From Octopus sinensis (taxonomy: Eukaryota), in contig NC_043000.1 of the NCBI RefSeq assembly GCF_006345805.1, positions 6,944,001 to 7,008,000 of the forward strand: a stretch of DNA of 64,000 bases, read 5' to 3'. Shown here one piece after another: positions 52,742 through 64,000 of this stretch; position 1 is the stretch's first letter, and the number at the start of each line of letters is the position of its first letter. The notes under the pieces are model-generated. The model did not search any database, was not told the origin of the DNA, and saw only the letters and a program-made list of their open reading frames with translations. The position numbers were made by a program, and so were the translations under genes.

Positions 52742-53758
52742 TTAATTTAAAAGTAATTCAAACTAAATAAAATATAATACAGGAGTAGGGAACCCCTTGC
52801 AAGGGGTAAAATTTCACTAGCTAACAGCATTCCTTAAAACCCAGATGAAAAACAAAAAGGAAAAAAAATTGCTTAAGTTATAAAACCAAAACTGTTACTT
52901 AATATAAATTGTATACCTATGGATTTGTAACATTAAAGATCCATTAATATTCTTAACACAGATCCTCTCCAACAACTTCTAATGCACTTGCAATTCATCC
53001 TTGGTACTAAAAAGATTCCCCCACCTCCCTTCTAGTAAGTGAGCAGAAGGACCAGTTGTATGAGGCCCTAGTGCAGGCTACCACTATAAATAGCAACTTT
53101 AATGGTTATGTCTGACAATAGCACATTTGGTATTCTTGTATGTATGGAGTTTATAGACCTTGGAACAAGAAGGTGTTTATTTACAGTGTTAAAAGCAAGT
53201 TTATTTTGAGAAACATATTATAACAAGTGTATTGCAGTTTAAAAACTTAAGATATAAGCAAAAAATGATGGCTGTGTGGTAAGAATTTTGCTTCCCAACC
53301 ATAATAATTGTTTCAACCCATTGTGCAATGGTGCCTTGAGGGTTAAAACAATCTCTGTAAATAATAAAGAGTCTCATGAATTTCATTTTCTTTCTCTTTC
53401 TCTCATATTTTATAAACTCTATGGTTAGAAAAGAATTCCTACAGTAAATCCAGTAGCATTTAAATCCAGTACTGTTGATGACATCAGGTAGCCAAATACT
53501 GTGAATGGGCTTTAAACAATATATGACAAGGTGTATGCCCAGATGTGAAGGCATGTGGCTTAGTGCTTAGGGTAATCAGCTCACAATTGTGAGTTCAATT
53601 CCCGGCAGCACTTAGTTCAATTCCCAACACTTTATTTCACATTGCTCCAGTCCACTCAACTGGCAAAAATTAGTTGTACCTGTAATTTGAAGGATTAGTC
53701 ATGTCACATTCTGTGTCATAATGAATCTCCCTGTGAACTACATTAAGGGTATGTGTAT

Positions 53759-53954
53759 ACTCTTTTACTTGTTTCAGTAATTTGACTGTGGCCATACTGG
53801 AGCACTGCCTTTAGTCGAGCACATCAACCCCAGCACTTATTCTTTGTAAGCCTAGTACTTAATCTATCAGTCTCTTTTGCTGAACCGCTAAGTTACGGGG
53901 ACGTAAACACACCAGCAACGGTTGTCAAGCGATGTTGGGGGGACAAACACAAAT

Positions 53955-53999
<45 letters not shown>

Positions 54000-54146
54000 T
54001 ACGATGGGCTTCTTTCAGTTTCCGTCTACCAAATCTACCCATAAGGCTTTGGTTGGCCTGAGGCTATAGTAGAAGGTGCCACACAGTGGGACTGAACCCA
54101 GAACCATGTGGTTGGTAAGCAAGCTACTTACCACACAGCCACTCCT
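53759..54146 (-). mobile_element. SINE family A nested within another tRNA-headed SINE (53545-54260)
   Basis: Host head gaaggcatgtggcttagtgcttaggg at about 53546; host resumes after tatgtgt. Confidence 0.8.
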
Positions 54147-54346
54147 GCACCTATGTGTGTCCTTGAAGTGCTCAGTCACTTGCATGTTAATTTCCTGAGC
54201 AGGCTGTTCTATTGATCGGATCAACTGGAGCCTTCGTTGTTTTGACTGACGGAGTGCCACATCCAAATTCAAAATTATTACATATACATATGTATATACA
54301 CGTGTACATGTGTGTGAGTGTGTATAAGTCTATCTGTCTATCTTAC

Positions 54347-54481
54347 CAACTAACATTCTCCAGATCACTTGTCTCTGTACATTCATAGTACAGAAGGATT
54401 TAACTTGAAAGGAATTAAAACAGATTTCCTTTCTGTATGAACATGAATGAAAATTCTTCCTTTGACACTCCTGCCAATTTC
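54347..54481 (-). CDS. Candidate 135-nt symmetric exon (NWQECQRKNFHSCSYRKEICFNSFQVKSFCTMNVQRQVIWRMLV)
   Basis: Very long pyrimidine acceptor ending tttttgtttag, donor TTG|gtaaga, one open frame (phase 1 to 1). Confidence 0.4.
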
Positions 54482-54714
54482 CTAAACAAAAAATAGATAA
54501 AATAAAGTAAAAAGAAAGAAAAAGAAAAAAATCCTGGGAACTCCTTTAAAATTTCGTCATTGTAGGTCATCTCAGAAGTTTGTGATCCTTAATGTAACAA
54601 TTCAATTCCACTTTTGATTTATCTACTTTAGATTTATCAGCATTTTAAATTTCTTCCTCTTTTCATTTCACTTGATTATAGTTGTTGTTGTTGTTGTTGT
54701 TATCATTATTGAAG

Positions 54715-55355
54715 GCAGAAAGCTATCAGAATTGTTACTGCACTGAACAAAATGCTTAGCAGCATTTATTCTGGCTTTTCATTCTAAGTTCAAATGCTGC
54801 CAAGGTCTACTTTGCCTTTCATCCTTTCAGAGTCAATAAAATGTGTACCAGCTAAGTACTGCAGTCTATGATATTGAGTGACCCGCTTCTCCTAAAATTG
54901 CTGGCTTTGTGCCAAAAATTTGAAACCATCATCATCATCATCATTATTAAGACAGAATTGTTAGCACACCGGCTGAAATGCTTAGTGGTATTTCGTCTGC
55001 CGTTACGTTTTCAAACTCTGCTGGGGTTGACTTTGCCTTTCATCCTTTCAGGGTTGATGAAATAAGTACCAGTTATGCACTGGGGTCGGTGTAATCGACT
55101 TAATCCTTTCCCCCAAATTTGAGGCCTTGTGTTTCCAGTAGAAAGAGTTATTATTAAGGCAGAATCATTAGCATATCGGGCAAAATGCTTAGTGGTATTT
55201 CATGTTTTTTATGTTCTGAGCTCAAATTTCACCAAGGTTGACTTTGCCTTTCATCCTTTCAGGGCCAATAAAATAAGTACAAGTTGAGTAATGGAGCTGA
55301 TGTAATTGACTATTCCCCCTCCCCCAAATTTCAGGCCTTGTACCCATAGTAGAAA
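54715..55355 (+). mobile_element. Head-to-tail array of three SINE family C copies
   Basis: Units at about 54715, 54955 and 55160, separated by (ATC)/(ATT) tails; a further copy at 55740-55880. Confidence 0.85.
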
Positions 55356-55360
55356 GAATT

Positions 55361-55705
55361 TGCTGCTGAGATCCCCTTCGGTCATGACTGATAGTGGGAT
55401 TGCACCTAGAAAGTTACTCTCCCAGGCACAAGTCCGGGCAAGGTTGTTTATGGAAGACCAGCAGTCGCCCATGCATACCAGCCTCCCCTCTCCATGTCAC
55501 CAGTATTATGCAAGGGAAAGGCAAAGGGGCCAATACAGCTTGGCACCAGTAATGTCACAACTCATTTCTACAGCTGAGTGAACAGGAGGGAAGGGAAATA
55601 AAGTGTCTTGCTCAAGAACACAACACACAGCCCAGTCTGGGAATCGAACTCACAACCTCACGATCGTAAGATCAATGCTCTAACCACTGAGCTATGTGCC
55701 TTCAC
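55361..55705 (-). mobile_element. tRNA-derived SINE family E
   Basis: Homolog at 63102-63442 (+), which has TSD taaagccagaa and is nested in a family C copy. Confidence 0.8.
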
Positions 55706-56959
55706 CAGTAGAAAGAATAATTATAATTATTATTATTATTAAAGGTGGTAAGGTGGCAGAATCGATAGCACACTGCACAGCAACATTTCACCTGTCTTTA
55801 TGATCTGGGTTCCAATAAGGTCAACTTAGCCTTTTATCCTTTCAGGGTAGATGAAATAAATACCAGTTGAGCACAGGGCTGGGGGGGGGGCGATGTAAAT
55901 GATAAATAATTTAATAAATTCTCAAAAAGAAAATGATAGATAGCATATCTATCATACTACTGTTAAGATGATGATGATGATGACATTGACAAAAATGATG
56001 ATTGTGATGGTGATAAAGCAACTGGATGATGATGATGATCGTGGAATTTGTAGTGATGAATGCTGATAGTGATGATGGCAGTATTGGTAACTATGACTGT
56101 AATGATAGCGGTAGTGGGTGGCAGTAGAAATAGTAGTAGCAGCAGCAGCAGCCGTCCAAGAATTTGGACTTGAAGATCTCCATTTCCAGCGACTTCAAGA
56201 GCCACCTCCCCGTGGTGTCGGGCGTCAACGATGAGCCCTTGACTACAACAAGACGACCAAAGTTTTTTTTTTTTCCAAGGTCTGGGGTCACCTGCCCCTA
56301 AGCCCTAGACCATCACCTAATCACCCTTACCCATCTTGTTGCTTAACAACAACAACAACAACAGCAGCAGCAGTGGTGATGGTGGTGGTGGTGGTAGAGG
56401 TAATGGTGCTGGTGGAAGTGCAGGTATTAATTATAGCAATATTAGAAGCTGTGACCGTAATAATGGTTTTGATGGTGATGGTAGATATGGTAATGGTTGT
56501 AGTGCTGGTGATTGTCGCAGTGGTACTGGTGGTCGTGGTCACTATAATGGTGATGGTTGTGGTATTGGTGATAGTTGTGGTATGTGATGATGGTGGTGGT
56601 GATGTTAATGGTTGTGACTGTGGTGGTTGTGGTGTTGGTGATGATTGTTGTGGTGATGGTGGTGTTAGTGGTGGTGGTGGTGGTGGTGGTGGTGTGGCTG
56701 TTGTTGGTGATAGTGGGGAAGGTGGTGGTGATGATGGTGTTAAGTTAAAGAATCAAAGAAATTTCTGTATTTTCTTCTTTTGTAGAATAATATTTAAGAC
56801 TGACTCAGAAAAGCTCTTATTTCTTTAATTCAACAAAAATCAAACATTTATTTTCCCACAGTTTTCCAATCTGAATCTCTTACGACTCATTTTTCTTTCT
56901 TTTATTGTTTCTTTTTTGTTTTGTTTTTTTTCAGTTGCTTACATTCAAAGACAGGAGCC

Positions 56960-57530
56960 GTTATGAAACATGCATGCATGTGTGTATGCATGCATGTGTG
57001 TATGTATGCATGTGTGTATGTATGCATGTGTGTATGCATGCATGTGTGTATGTATGCATGTGTATGCATGCATGTGTGTATGCATGCATGTGTGTATGTA
57101 TGCATGTGTTATGTATGCATGTGTGTATGCATGTGTGTATGTATGCAGTGTGTATGTATGCATGTGTGTATGTATGCATGTGTTATGTATGCATGTGTGT
57201 ATGTATGCATGTGTGTGTATGTATGCATGTGTGTATGCATGCATGTGTGTATGTATGCATGTGTGTATGTATGCATGTGTGTATGTATGCATGTGTGTAT
57301 GTATGCATGTGTGTATGTATGCATGTGTGTATGTATGCATGTGTGTATGTATGCATGTGTGTATGTATGCATGTGTGTATGTATGCATGTGTGTATGCAT
57401 GCATGTGTGTATGCATGCATGTGTGTATGTATGCATGTGTGTATGTATGCATGTGTGTATGTATGCATGTGTGTATGTATGCATGTGTGTATGTATGCAT
57501 GTGTGTATGTATGCATGTGTGTGAATGTGC
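56960..57530. repeat. 16-bp minisatellite (ATGCATGTGTGTATGT)n
   Basis: Direct reading; source of the 180-215 aa pseudo-ORFs. Confidence 0.95.
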
Positions 57531-57656
57531 TCATGCATGTGTCTGTGTCTAATTGAATGTCATGCACAAGTGAAACTGAACACGGTGCATCTAAAGGAAA
57601 GAAAAGAAGAATGAAACAGAGAAAGAGAGAGGAGAGTGAGACACACACACACACGT

Positions 57657-57696
<40 letters not shown>

Positions 57697-58152
57697 CATA
57701 CAAGCTGTTGAGTCACTGGCTCAGTAACGTATTTATGACTTCAGTCAGTAAGAAAACACTGGTTTGCTTGTTTGCTTGCTTTCTTGGAAAATGCCTGGCC
57801 CTGTGGAAGAAAGAGGTCTACCCACACCTTTAAACAATTAGATATTGATTTCTCTTAATTGAGCAACACAAGACTTATTTTAGTGAAGGATGGGATTTGT
57901 GTGATTAATTGAATCACTAAAATATGTATTACTAATAATATTGATTTATTACATAAGCATATGAGGATTAGTATAGTTGAAAAAAAATCACCCCCTCTAC
58001 ACAAATGCTACTTGAATCAAGAAAAATGAAAAATATAAAGCACTCTCTGTTTCTTTGTTCACACAAATGGCGGTGCCCCAGCATGGCCACAGCTCAAGAG
58101 CTGAAACTGGAAAACAAAACATAAACAATTCTTTTATGCTATGCATAACAAA

Positions 58153-58188
<36 letters not shown>

Positions 58189-58519
58189 CATGATGGACTC
58201 TCCCATTGAAGATGACATATGGGCTTTTTGTCAAACAACCTGAACAACAAATGATATGTTTATGGTGATCAAATGTTTGTGGTGCACATTTGCTCACCCT
58301 CTTCATCAAATCCATATTGTCTGAACAGGTGCACAGTGTATCACATGTCTGGTGCTGAAGTGATAACAGAGCAATGTGAGATGAAGTGTTTCACTCAGGA
58401 ACACAACACACCACCTAGTCTAGGAATTGAAATCACAATCTTGTGATTGTGAGTGCAACATTCTAACCACTAGACCATGTACCCATGCATGTATATATAT
58501 ATATATATATATAAGTTTT

Positions 58520-59617
58520 AATGGGCTATCTCACTTCCACTGTTTACAGCAGTGCTTGGAAGGAACGTGTGTAGCATGTGATCATTGCATTGACCATGAC
58601 AAAGTTGAGCAGAGAATCTGCATCAAATTTTGCCAAAAGTTTGGTGATACCTGCACAGAGGCCTATGCAAAGTTTTCAAAAAAGTTTTCATCATTCTTGA
58701 CACAATTGAGGAGCTCTTGTGCAACTGAAACCTGAGTATCTTTTTGGTCATCTGAAAGCAGTTTTGGCACAAACTTGACAGATACACGTCTCATACCCAA
58801 ATCTTCAGTGATGATGGACTGAACTGAACCCTAACTAATCTGCACATCCTCTGATAACTCACAGATGGTGATTTGATGATTTCCTCTCACAGCTGTATGC
58901 ACAGCTGCAATGTTTTTCTCAGTTCTGCTGGTTGCAGGTCTCCCAGAACATTTGTCAATATCGACATTTTTTCGGTCATCTTGGAAACATCTGAACCAGC
59001 CGTACACTTGCGTGCGGCTCATATACTCCTCTCCATACACTTTCTGTAACTTTGCATAGGCCTCTAAGCAGGTGTCGCCATGATAACTTTCTCTGTTATG
59101 GTCAATGCAATTATGACACACTACACACCTTCCTTCCAAGCACTGCTGTAAATAGTGGAAGTGAGCTAGAATGGTAAAACTTAGTGCACATGCACAGCAG
59201 AGTTCAAAGTCAATCTTTACTGAGCAGCTCCACTCTGTGTTCTTTAGCTTCATTACTATGCGGTTGGCGGTCGGTGTTATGGGACATGATGAGCTATGTG
59301 GTGCTGGTGGAGAGGATGACAGATGAGGTGGGCGGAAGTACGGCTTGCAGGGGCCGGCGGAAGACTGAGGGGTGCATGCGTGGCAGGAAGCGGATGTGGT
59401 CAAGGACGAAGCACGTGTGGTCAGCGAGGAAGCGAGGAGTTCCAGCATAGACGGCAAAGTGACAGGACATGTTGAATTTGTGAGAGACCGCTGATTTCGC
59501 CAAGGTAAGGCCTTTTGTATTTCTTTCTCCCGTTGCTTCTTTTTCTGTTGTCCTCTTCATCCATCACACTACAGTTACTATGACAACAGTCCGGATACTT
59601 ATTGATCAGACCCCATA
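58520..59617. mobile_element. Rearranged mariner: short plus-strand 5' piece fused to a longer minus-strand 5' half with TIR
   Basis: + strand EQRICIKFCQKFGDTCTEAYAK; - strand EAYAKLQKVYGEEYMSRTQVYGWF...SGRPATSRT...LSDDQK; TIR ggggtctgatcaataagtatccggactg at the right end. Confidence 0.85.
59261..59574. mobile_element. GC-rich 314-bp insertion in the mariner end, with an 8-bp duplication
   Basis: ttactatg at 59253-59260 and 59575-59582; inner TGTTATGG...CCATCACA ends. Confidence 0.6.
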
Positions 59618-59660
59618 TAAATATACATATACATACATAGACAGATATACAAATACATGC

Positions 59661-59696
<36 letters not shown>

Positions 59697-60068
59697 ACAA
59701 TTTAATAAATAAAACATATGCATACATACATACATATATGTACATACCTACATCTATATGTATATATATATGCATATATAAATATATATATATATGGGTA
59801 CAGGACACCACAAATAAACATAGAACACAACGAGAAACGAAAACATAAAATCAAGGAAACGGACTTTTTTTAACAACGAAAAAACAGAGTACAAGACAAA
59901 CAATACAAGGAATATTCCCCTTCTTCAGCTGCCCCTGTTTCGACTCAATGCGTGTTTCGAAGGAACCTTCGTACATATATGTATGTATGTATGCATATGC
60001 TTTATTTATTAAATTGTTATTATATGATTGAACGCCACGCGTCGTTTCTTCTTCTCCAAGTAAGTTTT

Positions 60069-60110
<42 letters not shown>

Positions 60111-60739
60111 CACACATACGCACACACACATACATATAAGATACATATACATATATGACAAGCTTCTTTCAATTTCCATCTACTAGATCTACTCACAAAA
60201 AGAATGTGCTTATGCATGTATTGTTGTTGTTGTTGTTGTTGCTGTTGTTGTTACTGTTACTCATATCTTGTAGCAGTGAAGGTTTGAGTTACTAGAACTG
60301 GTTTTTGTCAAAAAGTCATAAGTATTTTTGTTTTTTGTAATTTTTACATTCTGCTCTATAATCAAATGTGTTATCTTTTTTTTTTTTTTGTTTACAATCA
60401 ACAAAAACATTTGAATCCATATAAATTTTTAGAGAAGTATTTCTGCATGATGTAGCAACTTTGTTAATTCATGACTGGAAGGATTGTTTTCTTCACAAGT
60501 TGGTCTTTTGTTTCTTATTATCTCCATTCGGAGAAAAATAATTCAAACAATTAAATGCCTACCTTTTAAGTCCCATCATAAAAATACTTTTTTACATGTA
60601 ATGTTACAGGATAAAATCCATGATAATGGGAGAAGAATACGGACCCTAACCGTCTTAAGCACAATATGTATTATAATACAGCAGAGTGAACCCTTGCTTG
60701 CTGTTGTTAGAAATAGCAACAGGATACCTACTGAAAATG

Positions 60740-61690
60740 TGATACACCCAAAAATATTTAAGAAACAAGATGAAGAACAAAGAATACACAACTGGAAAAT
60801 GAAAACAATGCATGAGCAATACCTGAGGGAAATCAAAGAGAAAGACAAGAGGAACACCTGGAAGTTGTTAAGGAAAAGTGATCTGAAAGGATGTACCAAG
60901 GCATTGATATGCAGCACTCAGGAACACGCTCTGACAACTAATTACACCAAGTTCCAAAGAGATAAGAGCAGTGATTCACCTCTTTGTAGGATCTGTGGCA
61001 GCAAAAATGAAACAATATTACATGTGTGTGACTGTAGTGTGTTGGCTGAAATGCTTAGAAAAGGAAGGATGAAAATGTGGCTAAGTTTGTTCACTGGGTT
61101 CTGTGAATATGTGGTCTTAGAAGAACATGGAAATGGTACAAACATAAACCAGAAGGTATCACTGGTAATAATGAATATAAGACCTTGTGGGGTTTTACAA
61201 TTCAATGTGACTCTCCAACTGATGCTCAGAGGCCAGTTGTTGTTGTAGTGGGAAAAGGAAAAAGGAAACTAAGTCCAAAGATACTGCCACACCTGGGGAT
61301 GCATGCATAGGTGACATAGAGCTGGAAAAGGTAGGAAAATACAAGTTACTAAAAGATGAAAATGCACGAATATGGGGAATGCAGAGAGTAACTGTCATCC
61401 TAGTAATTGTAGGGGCACTCGGAGCTCAAACAACCAAGTTCGAGAAATATGTCAAAGAAATTGGAATTGACATGACGGTAGAGTATGCCAAAAATAAACT
61501 ACTCTATTAGGAATAGCTAGGATTTTGACATTGGTACTTGGGTTTTGAGTATCTTCCACAATACTTAACACCTAAGTAGCAAGTGTCATAATTTGTGGAA
61601 AGAGACTTTGTGAGACCTTTGACAACAGGATACTGTCCGCTCTCACAGAATTAACCAGAGCAAGTAGGATTGAGAGCTCTGAGAAATAAA
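60740..61690 (+). mobile_element. 3' part of an R4/Dong-like (RLE-type) non-LTR retrotransposon, degraded
   Basis: LCRICGSKNETILHV..C zinc knuckle; downstream DIELEKVGKYKLLKDE..WGMQRVTVILVIVGALGA, the typical RLE C-terminus. Confidence 0.8.
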
Positions 61691-61715
61691 ATATAATTTT
61701 TTTTTTTTTTTTTTT

Positions 61716-62014
61716 CATGACCGACCAGGCTATCAGATGTTGCTACACATCACTGGTCACAATGCGCTTCGCATTGTTTTAGCCTTCAAATGACACCACC
61801 CCGTTGGCTATGCGAGCAGGCCAACAGAAGAAAGAGTGAGAGAAAGTTGTGGCGAAAGAGTACAGTAGGGATCGCCACCATCCCCTGCCGGAGCCTTGTG
61901 GACCTTTAGATGTCTTTGCTCAATAAACACTCACAATGCCCGATCTGGGAATCGAAACCATGATCCTACGACCGCGAGTCCGCTGCCCTAACCACTGGGC
62001 CATTGTGACCCCAC
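61716..62014 (-). mobile_element. SINE family D, full length
   Basis: Homolog of 40401-40713. Confidence 0.9.
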
Positions 62015-62170
62015 AAAATATAATAATAATCATAATAAAAATAAAAATAGCATTGTTTAACTTGATATGAAGTTACTATGTCATGCATATATGGTTGTGA
62101 TGCATGTGCCCTGTATACACTTATCAGACAGGTAGTCATGATGGGAATATTAGGCTTCGTGTATTTTTGT

Positions 62171-62724
62171 TGTGTCTTGGGAGGAGTCATCATGCCAATA
62201 AAATTAACACTCACACAGGTTCAATTCTGATCCTTTACTGTGCAAGTTAAACAATCAATCAGTTGTTTGTTAGTCAACGTTCTTTTGTCACTGTTTGCAA
62301 CCTTTTCAGTGTCACAAATGCAGAGCAGACCTTAGAGCAAGAAGGGGAGTCACTGAAAAAGTCATGAACAAGGACAAAAGAATTTTGACTAAAAAACAGT
62401 TGATTGATTGTTTAACCTACACATTAAACAAAAAAATGAGTTGTTAGTTGGTTAGATATTTAGCCAATTGACTAAAAATTTTAAAAAAATGGAAATAAAC
62501 CTGTGCATGGTGTTGATAATATTGGTAGAATGACTCTTCCCAGACATGACAAAATTTGTTTCAACAAATGAATTAACATCAAGAATCTTGCAAACCAGAG
62601 ACAAAAATGAAATAGAATAAGCTGAAGCCAAGCTAGCAAGACACTGAAACACAATGTGTTCTGCTGTCTAATTGAACCAGTGTGTGTGTTAATAATATTG
62701 GCATAATGACTTGCCCAAGACACA
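62171..62724. mobile_element. Foldback element with nested inverted arms
   Basis: 62239-62289 inverted with 62373-62423; 62171-62226 inverted with 62670-62724. Confidence 0.7.
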
Positions 62725-63951
62725 TGAATTCACATCAAGAATCATGCAAACCAAATACAAAAATGAAATATTTTATTTTTATTTCATCAAAAAATCTTTT
62801 TTGTTTTCAAACTTATCATTTTCATCATTTAAAAAATCAAAATGTCCACATTACAAAATTTCTCATTTTTTCTCTCTTAAATTTTTACAAAGTATTGCCA
62901 TGATATCTAGAAAATGTTCATGGAATCAACATTTAGATGTACAATTCTTCGATGCACAGGTAACTCTTCCTACTATAGGCACAGGGCTGGTAATTTTCAG
63001 GGAAGGGGGCTAGTTAAGTACATCAATCCCAGGGCTCAGCTGGTAAAAGGATGAAAGGCAAAGTCAACCTCGATGGAATTTAAAATCAGGATGTAAAGCC
63101 AGAAAGTGCATGGCTCAGTGGTTAGAGTGTCAGGCTCACAATCATGAGGTAGTGAGTTCAATTCCTGGACCGGGCAATGCTGTGCTCTTGAGCAAGACAC
63201 TCTATTTTACATTGCTCCAATTCACTCAGCTGTAGAAATGAATTGCAATGTCACTGGTGCCAAGCTGTATCAGCCTTTGCCTTTCCCTTGGATAACATCA
63301 GTGACATGGAGAGGGGAGGCTGCTATGCATGGGCAACTGCTGCTCTCTAACAAACATCCTTGCCTGGACTTGTGCCTTGAAAGGTAACTTTCTAAGTGCA
63401 ATCCCATGGTCATTCATGATCGAAGGGATTCTTTACCCTTTTAAAGCCAGAAGAAATGTTGCTGGGCATTTTTGTCCAGTATACCAATGATTCTACCAGC
63501 TTACTGCTTTTTTGTTTCTTCTGTAGGCACAAGGCCTGAAATTTGGAGGGAAGTACCAGCTGATTACCTTGACCCCAGTATTTGACTGGTAATCATTTTA
63601 TCAATCCCAAGAGTCAACCTCAATGAACTCAGAATGTAAAGCTAGAAGAAATGCCATTAAGCAGTTTTGTCTTGCCAGTTTGCCACATTTTTCTTTGATG
63701 CATTGATAACAGCATAAACACAATAATGAAGTGATCCTGGACAAACTACATATAAAAAAAAATGATACCAGGAGAATAACTGGGAATTCAATTCAAATTT
63801 TCTTCCTCACCTAACCCCTCACTATCCACCATCACCCCTTAAAAAGCATGAAGTGAAAATTCTAATTACTAAAACTGAGATATTTTTATGAATTGAAATG
63901 GCAGTTAATTAAGGTATCCAAAAGATTTTGAAAACTAACTGAATATTGAAC

Positions 63952-64000
63952 TTAACCCTTTTGATACCAACTCACATGAGACCACCTCTGGTTCTATAAT
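63952..64000. mobile_element. Start of a TTAA-ended MITE (runs off the window)
   Basis: TTAAcccttttgataccaac terminus, same family as 15355-15566. Confidence 0.6.

Noticed and set aside
55963-56828. Gly/Val/Thr/Asp-rich ORFs
   Set aside because: (GAT)n/(GGT)n low-complexity DNA
56905-57699. 180-215 aa CMHV/HTH repeat ORFs
   Set aside because: Six-frame read-through of a 16-bp minisatellite
59905-59965. CTGAAGA and GAAAC motifs suggesting a second hammerhead
   Set aside because: Motifs are in the wrong order or spacing, and the stem after CTGAAGA is followed by GTAT rather than GAAA

Overview
AT-rich, microsatellite-saturated eukaryotic DNA. The SINE/LINE/MITE repertoire points to a coleoid cephalopod, probably Octopus (inference from repeat families). 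There is no operon, CRISPR array, rRNA or genuine tRNA gene, and nearly all ORF-track entries are microsatellite artefacts. Genic signal is limited to three things. First, the first coding exon of a minus-strand gene at the left edge (MGLIFSKSK, N-myristoylation motif, strong Kozak context, GTAAG donor). Second, a scattered set of short minus-strand candidate exons with canonical splice sites between 2.7 and 54.5 kb, which I cannot assign to a known protein. Third, two plus-strand candidate microexons. The rest is transposon-derived: a young 5'-truncated RTE LINE (31.1-34.5 kb, three frameshifts) with many 3'-end fragments, CR1/L2-like and R4/Dong-like LINE 3' parts, a C2H2-finger LINE tail, mariner fossils, several tRNA-derived SINE families (nested, chimeric, tandem), TA- and TTAA-type MITEs, foldback elements, and a Penelope-like LTR carrying a degenerate minimal hammerhead ribozyme. 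I did not find a convincing wholly new system; the best leads are in findings. Repeat boundaries were read by eye and are approximate (about +/-10-20 nt) unless a TSD or TIR is quoted.
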